A stretch of DNA of 64,000 bases from Octopus vulgaris (lineage: Eukaryota), in NCBI GenBank assembly GCA_951406725.2, contig OX597830.1, positions 8,308,001 through 8,372,000 of the forward strand, read 5' to 3'. Each line of letters starts with the position of its first letter. Positions within the stretch are counted from its first letter, which is position 1. This document shows, piece after piece, positions 12,216-24,980 of this stretch. Position numbers and translations under genes: made by a program. The notes beneath the pieces were generated by a model that was not told the DNA's origin, made no database searches, and saw only the letters and a program-made list of their open reading frames with translations.

Positions 12216-13096
12216 CTGCAAAAAAACATCAAATTATAATAAGAGAAACGTTTTTATTCATTCACAAGGAGAAATAATTTTTAAGTTCAAATTTTAGCAC
12301 AAGGCCAGCAATTTTTAAGAGACATGGGAGGGTGGGCTAATTGATTCAACAACCCCAGGGCTCAAATGGTACTTGCTCTATCAACTCTGAAAGGATGAAA
12401 AGAAAAGTTGATCTCAGGGGAATAAAGAACCAAAAAGATGCTACTAAACATATTACCAACATGCTAATGATTCTGCCAGCTTACAAGACAAATGGTTGGA
12501 AACGTGTGCATGTAACACACACACACACACACACACAATGAGCTTCTTTCAGTTTCCACCAAATCCACTCAGAAGGCTTTGATTAGCCCAAAGCTGTAGT
12601 AGAAGTTACTTGCCAAAGGTGCCATTCAGTGGGAGCTTCTTAACCTCACACAACTGTGTGTGTGTGTGTGTGTGTGTGCGTGTGTGCATAAGATTTTGTA
12701 TTTGTTTCTGTCTGCAATTGCTTGTACATAAGCTGCAGATGCAATGTGGTTGTTATCAGTTAATTTGGTAACAACTCATCCAGTCACCAAGGCCGTGTGG
12801 AATAAGGGTACCCTTACTCGATAAACAGGTGAAGGTTAGAATCAGGAAGAGCATCCAGCTGCAAGACAATGCCCCCCCCAAATAACATATTTGTCAACCC
12901 ATCCAAGCATTGAAAAAATGGATGTAGAATAAATGAATAATTGAATGAATATAAATACATGGTGGGATTCTCAGTTTCCTCCTCAAAGAATTTCACTCAT
13001 ACGTTATTGGTCAACACAAGGCAATTGTCAAAGACTGTTGCTCACGGTTCCACACATGGGAAAGGATCTGACACCATTTAGCTATTCCTGCACCTA

Positions 13097-14478
13097 TGAG
13101 GAATCGGGTGTAGTATGCAAGAGAGAAGACTGCACAGGTTTGGTCAGGTGATACATATGGATGAGGACAGCGGCAGAAAGAAGAGGTGATCGCTTAAACT
13201 GGATGGAACTCATGAAAGAGAGAGAGGCCAAGAAAGAACAAAAAGGGACAAAGTATTGAAGGCTGATCTCAAGATGCTGAGTGTTACAGAGGAGAAGACA
13301 AAGGACCAAGTTGGTTCTTTTGCTGTTCTTCAGAAGATCCGTCCATTACAGCTGGAAATGGTATCCTGAAACCACTCAATTATGCTCGTACATGTGGGGC
13401 CCCTGTCCTCCCCTCCTCTCTCTGACACATCAAATATTCCCCCCACCCCATCTTTGGTACTGTTGTACTGTACTCACTGGAGGGCGAAAACGGCACATAT
13501 TACATCTCTGCACCTCCCAGATGGTTGCACCACCCCTGGAATACTTCCATTCCTCACCCTCCTGACCCACAGTATATCTCTATCTTCAGCCACTGTTCTC
13601 CCCACCCTTCCCCCTGCTATACTCCATCCTTAACATCTTTCTTATCTGCTATCATCCTCAATGCCCTCTCATTTCTACCATCAAGCCCCATTTACTACAG
13701 CCCCCCCCCCTTATGTACCTCTACATCTCCCGCCCCACCACCCCTACACCTTGCACATCACCCCCACCCCACCACTTTCGGTTCTATTCACCTTCCTGAG
13801 ACATTCCTATCTCTCCCTCCTCACCCCTCTCCATTCTACTGTTCCCCATCATCTGGACCCCGCCCATCCTTGTTCATCACTCACTACACCTCTCCCCACC
13901 TCTGCTATACTCCTACCCCACCCCACACTCTCATGAAAGCATCCACTTTCTCATCCCGTCCCATGGCCCACTTTCTGTAGCCTCGTTTGTGCTCAGCTTT
14001 TTGTACTTCGAGAGTTTGCTCAGGCCCCCCATCCCCATCCCCACCCCATCATTACCTTCCTTTTAAAACCCTTCGGGGCCATGTACCTCCTCTATAGCAA
14101 GACACCTCTGCTTCACCCTTTCTCATATTCTCGCCTTTCAACACCAGGGCACAAAGGCCAACCACCTCCACCTTCCCCTCCCAAATACTTCCTCTTAACA
14201 GTGGAAGGCTCTTTCCTTTTCCTTTCCCTCCCCCCCACCTCTTCTTTTTCTATCTTGCAAATGACACGGCAACCTCATTTGTGCCAGTGGCATGTACAAA
14301 AAACCATCCCTTACACTCTTGGGGTGGTTGGCATCAGGAAGAGCATCCAGCTGGAAAAGCCACGCCAAGGATGACATCTGAGCTTGAAACCGCCTTGCAT
14401 CTCGGTGGCTCCTGTCAAATTGTCGAACCCATGCCAGTATTGAGGGCAGACATTAAATGATGGTGATGATGATGATGA
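13097..14478 (+). mobile_element. 5'-truncated RTE-clade LINE (ORF C-terminus, C-rich 3' UTR, (GAT)n tail)
   Basis: Decayed GIGCSMQERRLHRFGQVIHMDED...DKVLKADLKMLSVTEEKTKD resembles RTE RRLRWYGHV.RM...GRPRKTW. Ends aacccatgccag...ttaaatgatggtgatgat. Confidence 0.65.
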
Positions 14479-14713
14479 CACACACACACACACACAAACA
14501 AACATATATATATATGTGTACACACAGAAATGTATGTGTGTGCGAGTCTGTGTGATTGTTCATACACAATACACAATATATACATATATATATATATGGA
14601 CAGTAACACTCATCTATACACACACATACACACTCGTATACATATGTAGACACATCCACACACACAGAGAGGCATATATATATATATATATATACATATG
14701 CACACACAGAGGA

Positions 14714-14753
<40 letters not shown>

Positions 14754-15587
14754 CACACACAGAGGCATATATATACATATATATATGTGCCTCTGCCTCT
14801 GTGTCTGCATATGTATATGAGTGTGTATGTGTGTGTATAGATGAGTGTTACTGTGCATATGTATGAAATACATTAATCAAACTTGTTTGTAGATGAAACC
14901 AACAACAACACAAACAACAACAACAAAACCTATAAAATTTCACAAAGCGAAGAACAAAACTGAAACGGTAAAACAGCACCGTGTTAGTCTATCAGTGTGT
15001 ATTGATTATTTTTACTGATTCCATCTGTAATTGGTAGTTCCACAACGAAGAACGCTTTAAGACTGCTACAAAGAGTTTCTGCTGAACAGAATATAGCCAG
15101 GCTTAATGGTAAGTCTCAGAGGAAGAACAAGATGGATCTATAGTTTTGTGTGTCTTGAGGGAGGTAATATAACACAAGGAAATGGAAGGAATTGTCTGAT
15201 GCTGTTGTTGCTGTTGTTGTTGTTGTTTAACCCTGAGTCAACGCTCACTGAATAGGCCTATGATCAAAGGCATTCTAGTTCAAGATTATGCTGTCATTTC
15301 CTTATGTACAGAGAATGTGGAATTTCATTATCCAACGTCTCCAATTCCATGATGGTATGGAGGTATTTAAGTGAGATTTGACTGCTATTTCTAGCAGGCC
15401 AAGCAACCATGTGGCAGTTCTTTCTCTTACTCTGTTGTCTGTTGGTGATGGTGGCGGTGGTGGTGGTGGCGGCTTGTAACAGAGTAAACTTCTTTTCAAG
15501 CCATTCATTACAAAATGGCATGGAATAAATACACAAACGGTTCAAGAAACAATACTACTACTACTACTACTACTACTACTAATAATA

Positions 15588-15619
<32 letters not shown>

Positions 15620-16549
15620 GATGGATGATGATGGTCACTCCTGTCAACTTTGATGTATGAGTTTTTGAAGGAAAGGATTTTTAAAAAATAAGGATTAAAA
15701 ACAAAAGAAGCTGCGTCTTATTTGTGATGGAAGCGTGAATGTAATTTCAGTCCAGAAATGGATTCTTCTATGAAGTCACAATGGGGAGACTGAGGATTTT
15801 GATTTTACCTGCGACTGCACAAATGTGGCCGTTGGTTGCAGGATGTAATTCTTTCAATAAGGCAGCAAGCTGGCAGAAATGTTAGCGCACCAGGCGAAAT
15901 GCTTAGTGGTATTTCGTCTGTCGCTACGTTCTGAGTTCAAATTCCGCCGAGGTCGACTTTGCCTTTCATCCTTTTGGGATCGATAAATCAAAGTACCAGT
16001 TTCGCACTGGGGTTGATATAATCGACTTAATCCGTTTGTCTGTCCTTGTTTGTCCTCTCTGCGTTTAGCCCCTTGTGGGTAGTAAAGAAATAGGTATTTC
16101 ATCTGGCTTTACATTCTAAGTTCAAATTCCGACAAGGTTGACTTTGCTTTTCATCCTTTCGGGGGTCGAAAAATAAAGTACCATTTACGCACTGGGGTCG
16201 ATGTAATCAACTTAATACCTTTGTCTGTCCTTGTTTGTCCCCTCTATGTTTAGCCCCTTGTGGGCAGTAAAGAAACATATAATTCTTTCATTGCCCTGTT
16301 TCTTCAACTCAAATTGCTTAGATACATCAAAACACATTTTTCGCCACTCAGACCAATCTAGACAATAACTTTCCCAAGATGTGAAATTAACCTGTAGAGA
16401 TTTTTAATGATTGCTTCAACCCATCCTTATACCTAAGGATGGGTCCTCCTTTACTGTGGAATCTCTCTACTTGTCCTTACAAAAGAATCTCACATACAAA
16501 CAACATGACCTGCCCATCTGCACTGATTTCTCCACACAATAATAATCAT

Positions 16550-17090
16550 AAAAAATACTTTATTGGCACAAGGGCCACAGAAACATTTAGGGCAGTTCAA
16601 AGACAAATGACAGTGGGGGTTTTATACAAAAACATGTAAATAATAAAACTAACAATTTTCAAAAATCTTAACAAACAAAATTCCCACTAGGGGGGAAATA
16701 CCATCCCGGGTTAACCAAGGAACCACACAAATCCCAAGACACTCTATTTACCAGAAGAGCCATGGCAAGTGCTCCTCTCTGTCTAAATGCACCCACTCAC
16801 TCAGGCCATCTTCACCGCATTCATTCACCTTTCAACAAATTTACTAGGGGGCAGCACTTCCCTCTTCCCTCTCCTTTTCTAATGGAATTTTAAAATATCG
16901 AGAAAGCCTTCACCAAAGTGGAAAGTGCTTGTCTTTGGTCCTTTCAGTCTCATCCACTATACAACCTCTTTTGCCATGGCCACCACACAGAAAATAATTG
17001 CTCGTTAATAATGCTTTCTGATTGAGGCACAAGGTCAGCAAAATTGAGCAGATGGGGTTAGTTGATAACATTGACCCCTGTACCTTTATT
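16550..17090 (-). mobile_element. Tx1/L1-like LINE 3' remnant (related 3' end at about 57118-57490)
   Basis: Minus-strand decayed CVVAMAKEVV*WMRLKG...LKFH*KRR...FVER*, followed by a T-rich UTR and AATAAA near 16560. Confidence 0.5.
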
Positions 17091-17260
17091 TTATCATCCC
17101 TGAAAGAATGAGAAGCAAAACGAAGAATGAGAAGGAAGAGGAAGGAGAAGAAAGAGAGGGAAGGAGAAGGAAGAGAGTGAAGGAAGAGGAAAGAAAAGGA
17201 AGAGGAGGAAGGAGAACAACAACAACAATGACAAGAATGAACAAAAATGAGAAGACTTAC

Positions 17261-17357
17261 GCATTGCATTGCTGTTTAGAAGGAAGACACCATGGGCATT
17301 GTTGTCGTCCTCCATATTCAGGTAGAAGGGGTGGACTCCATACAGATTGGTATTGGG
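17261..17357 (-). CDS. GAA: GAA-like internal exon (equivalent to human exon 5), 97 nt
   Basis: Acceptor ctgtttcag|CCC, donor ATGC|gtaagt. Translates [32 protein letters not shown], the GH31 NLYG.HPFY...[11 protein letters not shown] signature. Ends in phase 1. Confidence 0.97.
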
Positions 17358-17421
17358 CTGAAACAGAGAGAAGGAACAGGTGAGATACATACATACATAT
17401 ATATATGTACATATATATGTG

Positions 17422-17475
<54 letters not shown>

Positions 17476-17529
17476 CCAGCTTAGAGAAGAAGAAACGAAA
17501 CCAAACCAAACGAATCAAATCGAATCGAC

Positions 17530-17575
<46 letters not shown>

Positions 17576-17820
17576 TATGTACATACAAACACACACATCA
17601 TAATGTCCGTCTGTTGTTGTCAACAGATGACCAAGGATATTGCATGGGAGAAGAAGGCGAGTAATATTGTGTCCAACTGTGGTCAATCATTCCAATGCGT
17701 GCTTGGAAGGCCCTGCCACAAGTCAGATACCAGTGGTCTGCTGAGGCTGAAGACAAGGAGTTGGCCCTGTCTTCAGATCATATTTTCTTCATGACATACA
17801 AACATACATACACATGTATA

Positions 17821-18680
17821 CAGAGTGTGATGGGTAAATTGTCGCCATTTTATATTCTTAATTTTGCACATGTATGTTGTTTGTTTTTGATTTTGTCGAC
17901 TACACAGTGTGGTGGGGTCAGTTGGGCACCATCTGTGAGATGACGCAATTCACTCTGCCAGAAATTTGGAAACGACATGCTGTACAGCTTAGCATTCACA
18001 CCAGAAGCTCCAATACAAACATTTCAGAGTGTTTAGGGGGTCAATCTGAGGACATGTACCGAGAGTGATAAAAATCAAAGATCATGTCAACATCATGGTG
18101 TTTGGAGTGATCTCTAGTGATGGTGACGTTATGCCTCCATTCATCTTCCCACACGGCCTCACACTCAAAACAGAGGCCTACATCAAGTGCCTGGAGGATG
18201 TAATGCAGCCCTGGGTCAAGAGGGCAGCAGCTGGAAGATCCTATGTCTGCCAACAGGACTCTGGACCATGCCACACAAGCAGGAGAACCCAGCCATGGCT
18301 GTCAGACAAGCTCTGCGACCACATCATCCCTAACATCTGGCCACCTTAACTCCCCAGACTGCAACCCCCTTGATTATTATGCGTAGGGCAGAGCTGAGTG
18401 AAAGACCAACAAAACTCCTTGTAACACTGCAAATGATGTGAAGGCAAGCATTATGGCTGCATTCACCAACTTAAACAAAGTGACCATCCAGAAGAATCAC
18501 AGGAGATTCCAAAGTAATCTGGAGGCTTTGGTTAAAGCCAATGGCATTTTATTGAATAAATTTACTCTTTAAGATTTCAAGATATCTTTAGGTAATTTTG
18601 GTAAATATATCTTAAAATGGGATGTCAGTGTTATTTTCATTTTTGTATAATTTAGACAACATTTTATTCAGTGCACCATG
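17821..18680 (+). mobile_element. Internally deleted Tc1/mariner-superfamily DD37D (maT-type) transposon remnant
   Basis: MVFGVISSDG..PPFIF...QQDSGPCHT...IWPP, then after a 1-nt frameshift NSPDCNPLDYY. There are 37 residues between the second and third D. Degenerate TIRs cagagtgtgatgggtaaattgtc / gacaacattttattcagtgcaccatg. Confidence 0.85.
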
Positions 18681-18942
18681 TGTGTGTGTGTATGGGTTGG
18701 GGCTCTCTACCATGGTAACGTGTACTGAGGAAGGTGAGGCTATTATGCCAGTCCTGAAACTGGTCCACGTGAGTCCAAATACTTGAATGTATGCTGAGAG
18801 ATTGTCCTAGCCTGTTTGCCTTTGGACGGTTGATTGCTGTAGTTATTATCAGTGTATTTTGGCAATTTAAATAAGAATTTTGACTGTTATTTCCAGCAGG
18901 TAGACATTCTTAGTATGTCCTTTGATTAATTTAATCCTTCAG

Positions 18943-18997
<55 letters not shown>

Positions 18998-19504
18998 TAC
19001 ATATAATATATATATACATTTATACATACTTACATACACACACACATACAACAAACATTTCAAAAATATAGAGCATGGACATGTGAGGTGTGTGTGTGTA
19101 TGTGTGTGTGTGTGTGTGTGTGTGTAGATAGACAGACAAGGTAAACTGATAGAATCATGTTGGATGAAAATGATTAGCAGTGTCACTTCCAGTTCTTAAC
19201 GTTCTGAGTTCAAATCCTGCCACCATCAACTTAGCCTTCCATCATTTTGGGTTTGATAAAATAAAGTACCAGTGAAGTACTGGGATCAATGCAGTCAACT
19301 TGTCCCCTCCCCTCAAAATTGCTGTCTTTGAACCTTGCAACAGACCAGCGTCCCATTCAGGGAAATGTTATGATCTCAGTAACTGGCTTTATGAGATCTG
19401 GGATTCAGTAAAAATCATTTTAAAATATTTAGGAGCACAACAGAATGATTAAGGCAGGGTTTGAACTCATACCCATACGTTTCTGAGTTTTCCCTTCACA
19501 TACA

Positions 19505-19843
19505 CCTAATCTGACCCCCTTTGGTCATGATAGACCATGGGATTGCACCTAGAAAGTTCTCCTCCGAGGCACAAGTCCAGGCTAGGTTGTTTATGGAAGA
19601 CTGGCAGTCGCCCATGCATACCAGCCTCCTCGCTTCGTGCCACTGATGTTATCCAAGGGAAAGGCAAGGGTCGATACAGCTTGGCACCAGTGCCACTGCA
19701 ACTCATTTCTACAACTGAGTGAACAGGAGCCATGTGGAATAAAGTGTCTTGCTCAAGAACACAACAGCCTGGTCTGGGAATCGAACTCACTACCTCATGA
19801 TTGTGAGGCCGACGCTCTAACCACTGAGCCATGCGCCTTCACC
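19505..19843 (-). mobile_element. tRNA-derived CORE-type SINE family C (second copy 63787-64000+; relatives at about 34168-34460+ and 59320-59640-)
   Basis: Head tggctcagtggttagagcg...gagttcgattccc, then cttgagcaagacacttta...ttcactcag. Confidence 0.75.
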
Positions 19844-20325
19844 TAATGGCTATTATATATCAAACCTGAAGTCCAAATCTTAATCTAGTTTGTCCAGTAG
19901 TTAAAAATCCAGATGCTGCATTATTTCCAGCCGAACCAACGACTCGTTATTGTCACTGAGAGGTTATTTAGTCATTAAAAATGACTAAAGAAAACAAGAA
20001 AAAGAAGAGAAAAAAAGAAAGACAAAAGCAAAAGCAAAACAAAAGGAAAACACAAAAATCCATAACAACTCTGCAATGCTATTAATACTGACAGGTGAAT
20101 GAGGAATTAGAAATTCCTATGTATTGCGTGTATTGAAGCCACTGAACAAAGTCTATAAAGGACTGCCTTGTGAGGAAGCTAAAAATAAAGCAAGCAACAA
20201 CTGGACTGACTATCATGTTGACAACTTCATTACTCTTGTCTGCTCTTCTTATAATGTGAGGAGCCATGTCCCTCCTCCACAGCGAGAAACCTGTTCTCTT
20301 CTTCTCGCTCCATTTCTCATACTGT

Positions 20326-21281
20326 TTGACCCTTTTGATACCAGCCCGGCTGAAATTGCCTCTGGCTCTAGTACAAATGTCTTGTTTTCAAAAGGTCTGA
20401 ATTAAAATCTTCTACCAAACTAAGTTCCCAGCTCTAGCTGAATGATAACTAAGTTATTTTACTAAATTCTTTGTTATATTTAAAGAAACACAGAGCATCT
20501 CAAAATAAATACAGTAACGAAAGGATTGAAATATATAATAGAGAAACAATCCTTAACCCTTTTGGTACCAACCCAGCTGAAACTGCTCCTGGCTCTGTTG
20601 TACAAAATGTCTTGTTTTCAAAAATTCTGAAATAAAATCTTCCACCAAACCTTAGTCGCAATCTATGTTCCTAACACTAGCTTAATGGTAACTGAGTTAT
20701 TTTACTAAATTCTTCGTTATTTTACTAAATTAATTGAAAGAAACACAGAGCATCTCAACAGAAATATAGTAACAAAAGGGTTAACAAATGATTAATTTAA
20801 CCCTTTTGATACCAACTCATCTGAAATCACCTCTGGCTCTGTAGTACAAATGTCTTGTTTTCAAAAGGTCTGAATTAAAATCTTCCACCAAATCTTAGTC
20901 ACAATTTATGCTCCTAATACTAGCTGAATGATAACTAAGTTATTTTACTACATTCTTCGTTATTTTACTAAATTAATTGAAAGAAACACAGAGCATCTCA
21001 ACAGAAATATGGTAACAAAAGGGTTAAAATATATAATAGAGAAACAATTCTTAACCCTTTTGATACCAACCTGGCTGAAACTGCCTCTGGCTCTGTAGTA
21101 CAAAATGCCCTGTTTCCAGAAGTTTTGAATTAAAATCTTCCACCAAACCTTAGTCACAATTTATGTCCCTAACACTAGCTGAATGATAACCAAGTTATTT
21201 TACTAAATTCTTTGTTATATTTAAAATTAATTGAAAGAAACACAAAGCATCTCAACAGAAATACAGTAATGAAAGGGTCAA
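20326..21281. mobile_element. Tandem array of four piggyBac-like MITEs (about 205-232 bp each)
   Basis: Units at about 20326-20530, 20553-20784, 20797-21027 and 21051-21281, bounded by TTAA-CCCTTT...AAAGGG-TTAA (degenerate in the outer copies). Dispersed relatives lie at about 2303-2590, 3163-3340, 22323-22520 and 53590-53807. Confidence 0.75.
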
Positions 21282-23755
21282 CTTCACATCCCCTGGTATA
21301 AAACTGCTTCCATTGCTACTGTAACCTCACTCAGCTGAAGAGGAACTTGAGTAGGATGGAAGACAACTGCCTTAATTAAAGAAGTGTTCAAAGCACAGAT
21401 GGAGAATACACTACGTGCCACTCTTTCCAGTGACACCACCCTGCTTGCAGTGTTATATGTGAGACATGAGCCACTGCAAAGAAGGAAGAACAACAAGTAA
21501 CTACATCACAAAGGGACACAGAAAGGTCCATATTACAAATATTACTGTAAGGTGATTTCAGAACAGAATGGTGTGATTGATGTGATCATGGAATACCAAA
21601 TACATAAACCCCACCTTTTTTGCTTTTTTTCATACATGAGAAAAGAGAGAAAATTGAAGGTTGAAAAAGGGACCACAGAGCTACGAAACTTGTATTCTTT
21701 CAACATTTCCCACTTTTAATTCAATTAACTATTTTCATTTTGTTTTATAACATTTAAGATTCATTTTTCATTCCGCAATTGTAAAGCAGTTTATGTTTCT
21801 TAGAAATAAAAACTAATATTTTTTTCTTTTTTAACAATTACATATGAATTTCATTTTGTAAGATATTATTCCAGACCAAAGCTTGAAAAATCACTGGCAC
21901 CCATGCTGGTGGTGCATAAAAAGCACTGTTCAAGTGTGGCCGATATCAGTGTTGCTCGACTGGCTCCTGTACCAATGGCATGTAAAAAGCACCATTTGAG
22001 CATGTCCGATGCCAGTGCCACCTGACTGACTCCCATGCTAGGTGGAACATGTGGCAAGGCTCACAGACAATAGATGGAGCCATGCATTTATCAAGTGGTC
22101 TCCAAGAGACCAAAAGAGACCACTTGGAAAACCTCCAAGATACTAGGTAAATGATGTAGTCAAAAAAGCGAGGCTCAAATGGAAGAGAAAGATGCAATCA
22201 AGGGAGGAATAGCAATGCAGTGTGACTGGTGATGTATGACGTAGTCTGGTAGTCAGGCTGATAGAGTGATGGAGTGTATTATAGTGTGGCATGGCTGAAT
22301 ATTCCACAGACCATGTGTACCATTAACCCTTTCATTACCAGTTCTGATGATATACATTTCTTGTGTTTCAGTTAATTATAAAAATTATGAAGAATTTATC
22401 AAAATAACTTTGACATTATTAAGTCGGTGTTTGGGGTTTGAATTAGCAAAAAATTTTGATGGAATGTTTTAATTTGGATCTCATTAAAACAAGAAGCAGA
22501 TTGATATCACAACAGTTAAAGACTAATAAAAATATCAAACTGCCAATTGCTTTGCTTTCTCTATTTTTCGGTGTCTAAAATTCTTTGATGACTAAAATAC
22601 TTATTTTGGGGGGTTAATTTCGTCCGTCCTAAAACCTTCCTTCTTCTGTCTTTCTCTCATTGATTTATCCTCAAATGATTGATTATATCTTCATCTGAAC
22701 CTAAACATTTGCTGCACCATACAGCAAAAAAACAGCTGTGAGCTAAAACAATCTGACAACTCAATTTTCTTCAGAGCTTAAAGCTATTTATCTTTACTTA
22801 TGACATGGCTGATTTTGGAAAAGGCATAAACACCCTAAAATCACATCACCCTTTTATTTTTTTGCTAGAACACTGCTTGATTTCAGTAGATTCTCTAGTG
22901 ATTGTCAGGTGTTTCCATAGTGATATTCACACCTTCCTTTACATCAGTGGTACCAATGGGAGGGTGGAGGATAAGGGAGAACTGAAAAGAGGGTTGACTT
23001 GTATTTTAGTTTTCTTTACTTTATGCCAGAAAAGAAGGGTGGTGCTTCTGACCCTTCACAGAGCCTCAAAGGCAACTGAAAGGGAGGGAGGGAGGGAGGA
23101 ATGTACCCTTACACCAGAAACCTGACCAAAATGTTTCCAGCAGATTCAATTCTGCTCAATACACCTAAAGACCAAGTTAATGATTCCAAACAGGGCAGCA
23201 GAGTAACTTGACCGCCCAAGGCAGGCCACAGTGAAATTTGAACTCAAAACACAAATATATGGAACAGATATCATATGACATCACACCAAACCCCTTAATA
23301 TTTCTTCCAGTGTCTATGACTCTTGACTGGTGCTTTATCGATCCCTAAAGGATGGAGGGCAAAGTTGACTGCAGTGGAATTTGAACTCAAAGCACAGGAC
23401 TCAGGGTCGGAATAAGTATCATGAAGCAATGTGCCCAATGCTCTAACAACTGTCTCAATTCATTGTGTTGCATGATTGTTTCCAAAATATTTGCAGAAAT
23501 GCTTTACAAAACAGGTGGTGTCTATTAAAGTGCTCAATAAACTCAAGTTTAGAGCTGCATATTACACAGACAAACTGGATAGAAAAAAAACAGAGCCTGA
23601 ATATTCCTATTTCTTGTGAGTATATTCAATGTGGGAAAATTCAGGTCAATATTTCATTCCAACTGGCAATAGTTGTGGTCACACTCTATACTAAATCACC
23701 CAGTTTGCATAAACACATGTCACAGTCATGTGCGTGTAGTGTGTGTATACATGCA

Positions 23756-23805
<50 letters not shown>

Positions 23806-23842
23806 TATACACACACACATATATATATTATGCATATGTCTA

Positions 23843-23885
<43 letters not shown>

Positions 23886-24187
23886 GTCATGTGATCATGT
23901 GACCGACCAGGCTATCAGATGTTGCTGCATATCGCTGGTCACAATGCGCTTCACATTGTTTTAGCCTTCAAATGATGCCAACCCGCTGGCTAAGCGAGCA
24001 GGCTGACAGGAGAAAGAGTGAGAGCAAGTTGTGATGAAAGAATACAGCAGGGATCGCCATCACCCCCTGCTGGAGCTTCGTGGAGCTTTAGGTGGTTTCG
24101 CTCAATAAACACTCACAACGCCCGGTCTGGGAATCAAAACCATGATCCTACGACCGTGAGTCCGCTGCCCTAACCACTGTGTGCCTC

Positions 24188-24220
<33 letters not shown>

Positions 24221-24945
24221 GTGTGTGCGTATATCTGTGTGTGTGTATTTATACATGTGCATATATCTGTATGTGTGTGTGTGTGTATATATATATATAT
24301 ACATATATATATATGCATGTGTCTATGTATGTTATCATCATTTAATATCTGTTTTCCATGCTGGCATGAGTTGGACAGTTTGACAGGAGCTGGCAAGCCA
24401 GAAGGTTGCACCAGGCTGCAATTGTCTGTTTTGGCAAAGTTTCTATGGCCGGATGCCCTTCCTAACACCAACCACTTTACACAGTGTGCTGGGTGCTGTT
24501 TATGTAGCACCAGTACAGGTGTGCGCACGTGTGTCTGTGTGTGCATGTGCGTATGTGTGTGTGTGTTTTTATAGAGAGAGAGATAATAAAATTATGGTAT
24601 ATAAACATGCGTTTATACCTGAAACACATATATCGTTCTCAATTACCATCATTGTTCAGATGGGAAGATAGGTTTAGACAAACAGTCAGCCTGACAGAGA
24701 GAGACGGACATGGAGACAAGCTTATGGCCACACGATATTGGAAACAGCGGCCAACAAGCAAGTTTTCCAATAATTTATGGAAATGTCTCGATTTAGATTT
24801 ATATTATACTCTCTTTCTTTCTTGCACTAAAGCGAGTTAATTATACATACATCTGAGCCTGAAGGTAGGTGTGTGTGTGTATGTGCGTGTGTGTGTGTTG
24901 TGTGTGTGTGTGTGTTGTGTGTGTGTTGTGTGTGTGTTGTGTGTG

Positions 24946-24980
<35 letters not shown>

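Noticed and set aside
18065-18349. Transposase ORF as a functional or domesticated gene
   Set aside because: It has an internal deletion, a frameshift before the third catalytic D and downstream stops.
19760-19843. tRNA-like sequence with A and B boxes
   Set aside because: It continues into a multi-copy SINE body and lacks a proper acceptor stem, so it is a SINE head and not a tRNA gene.
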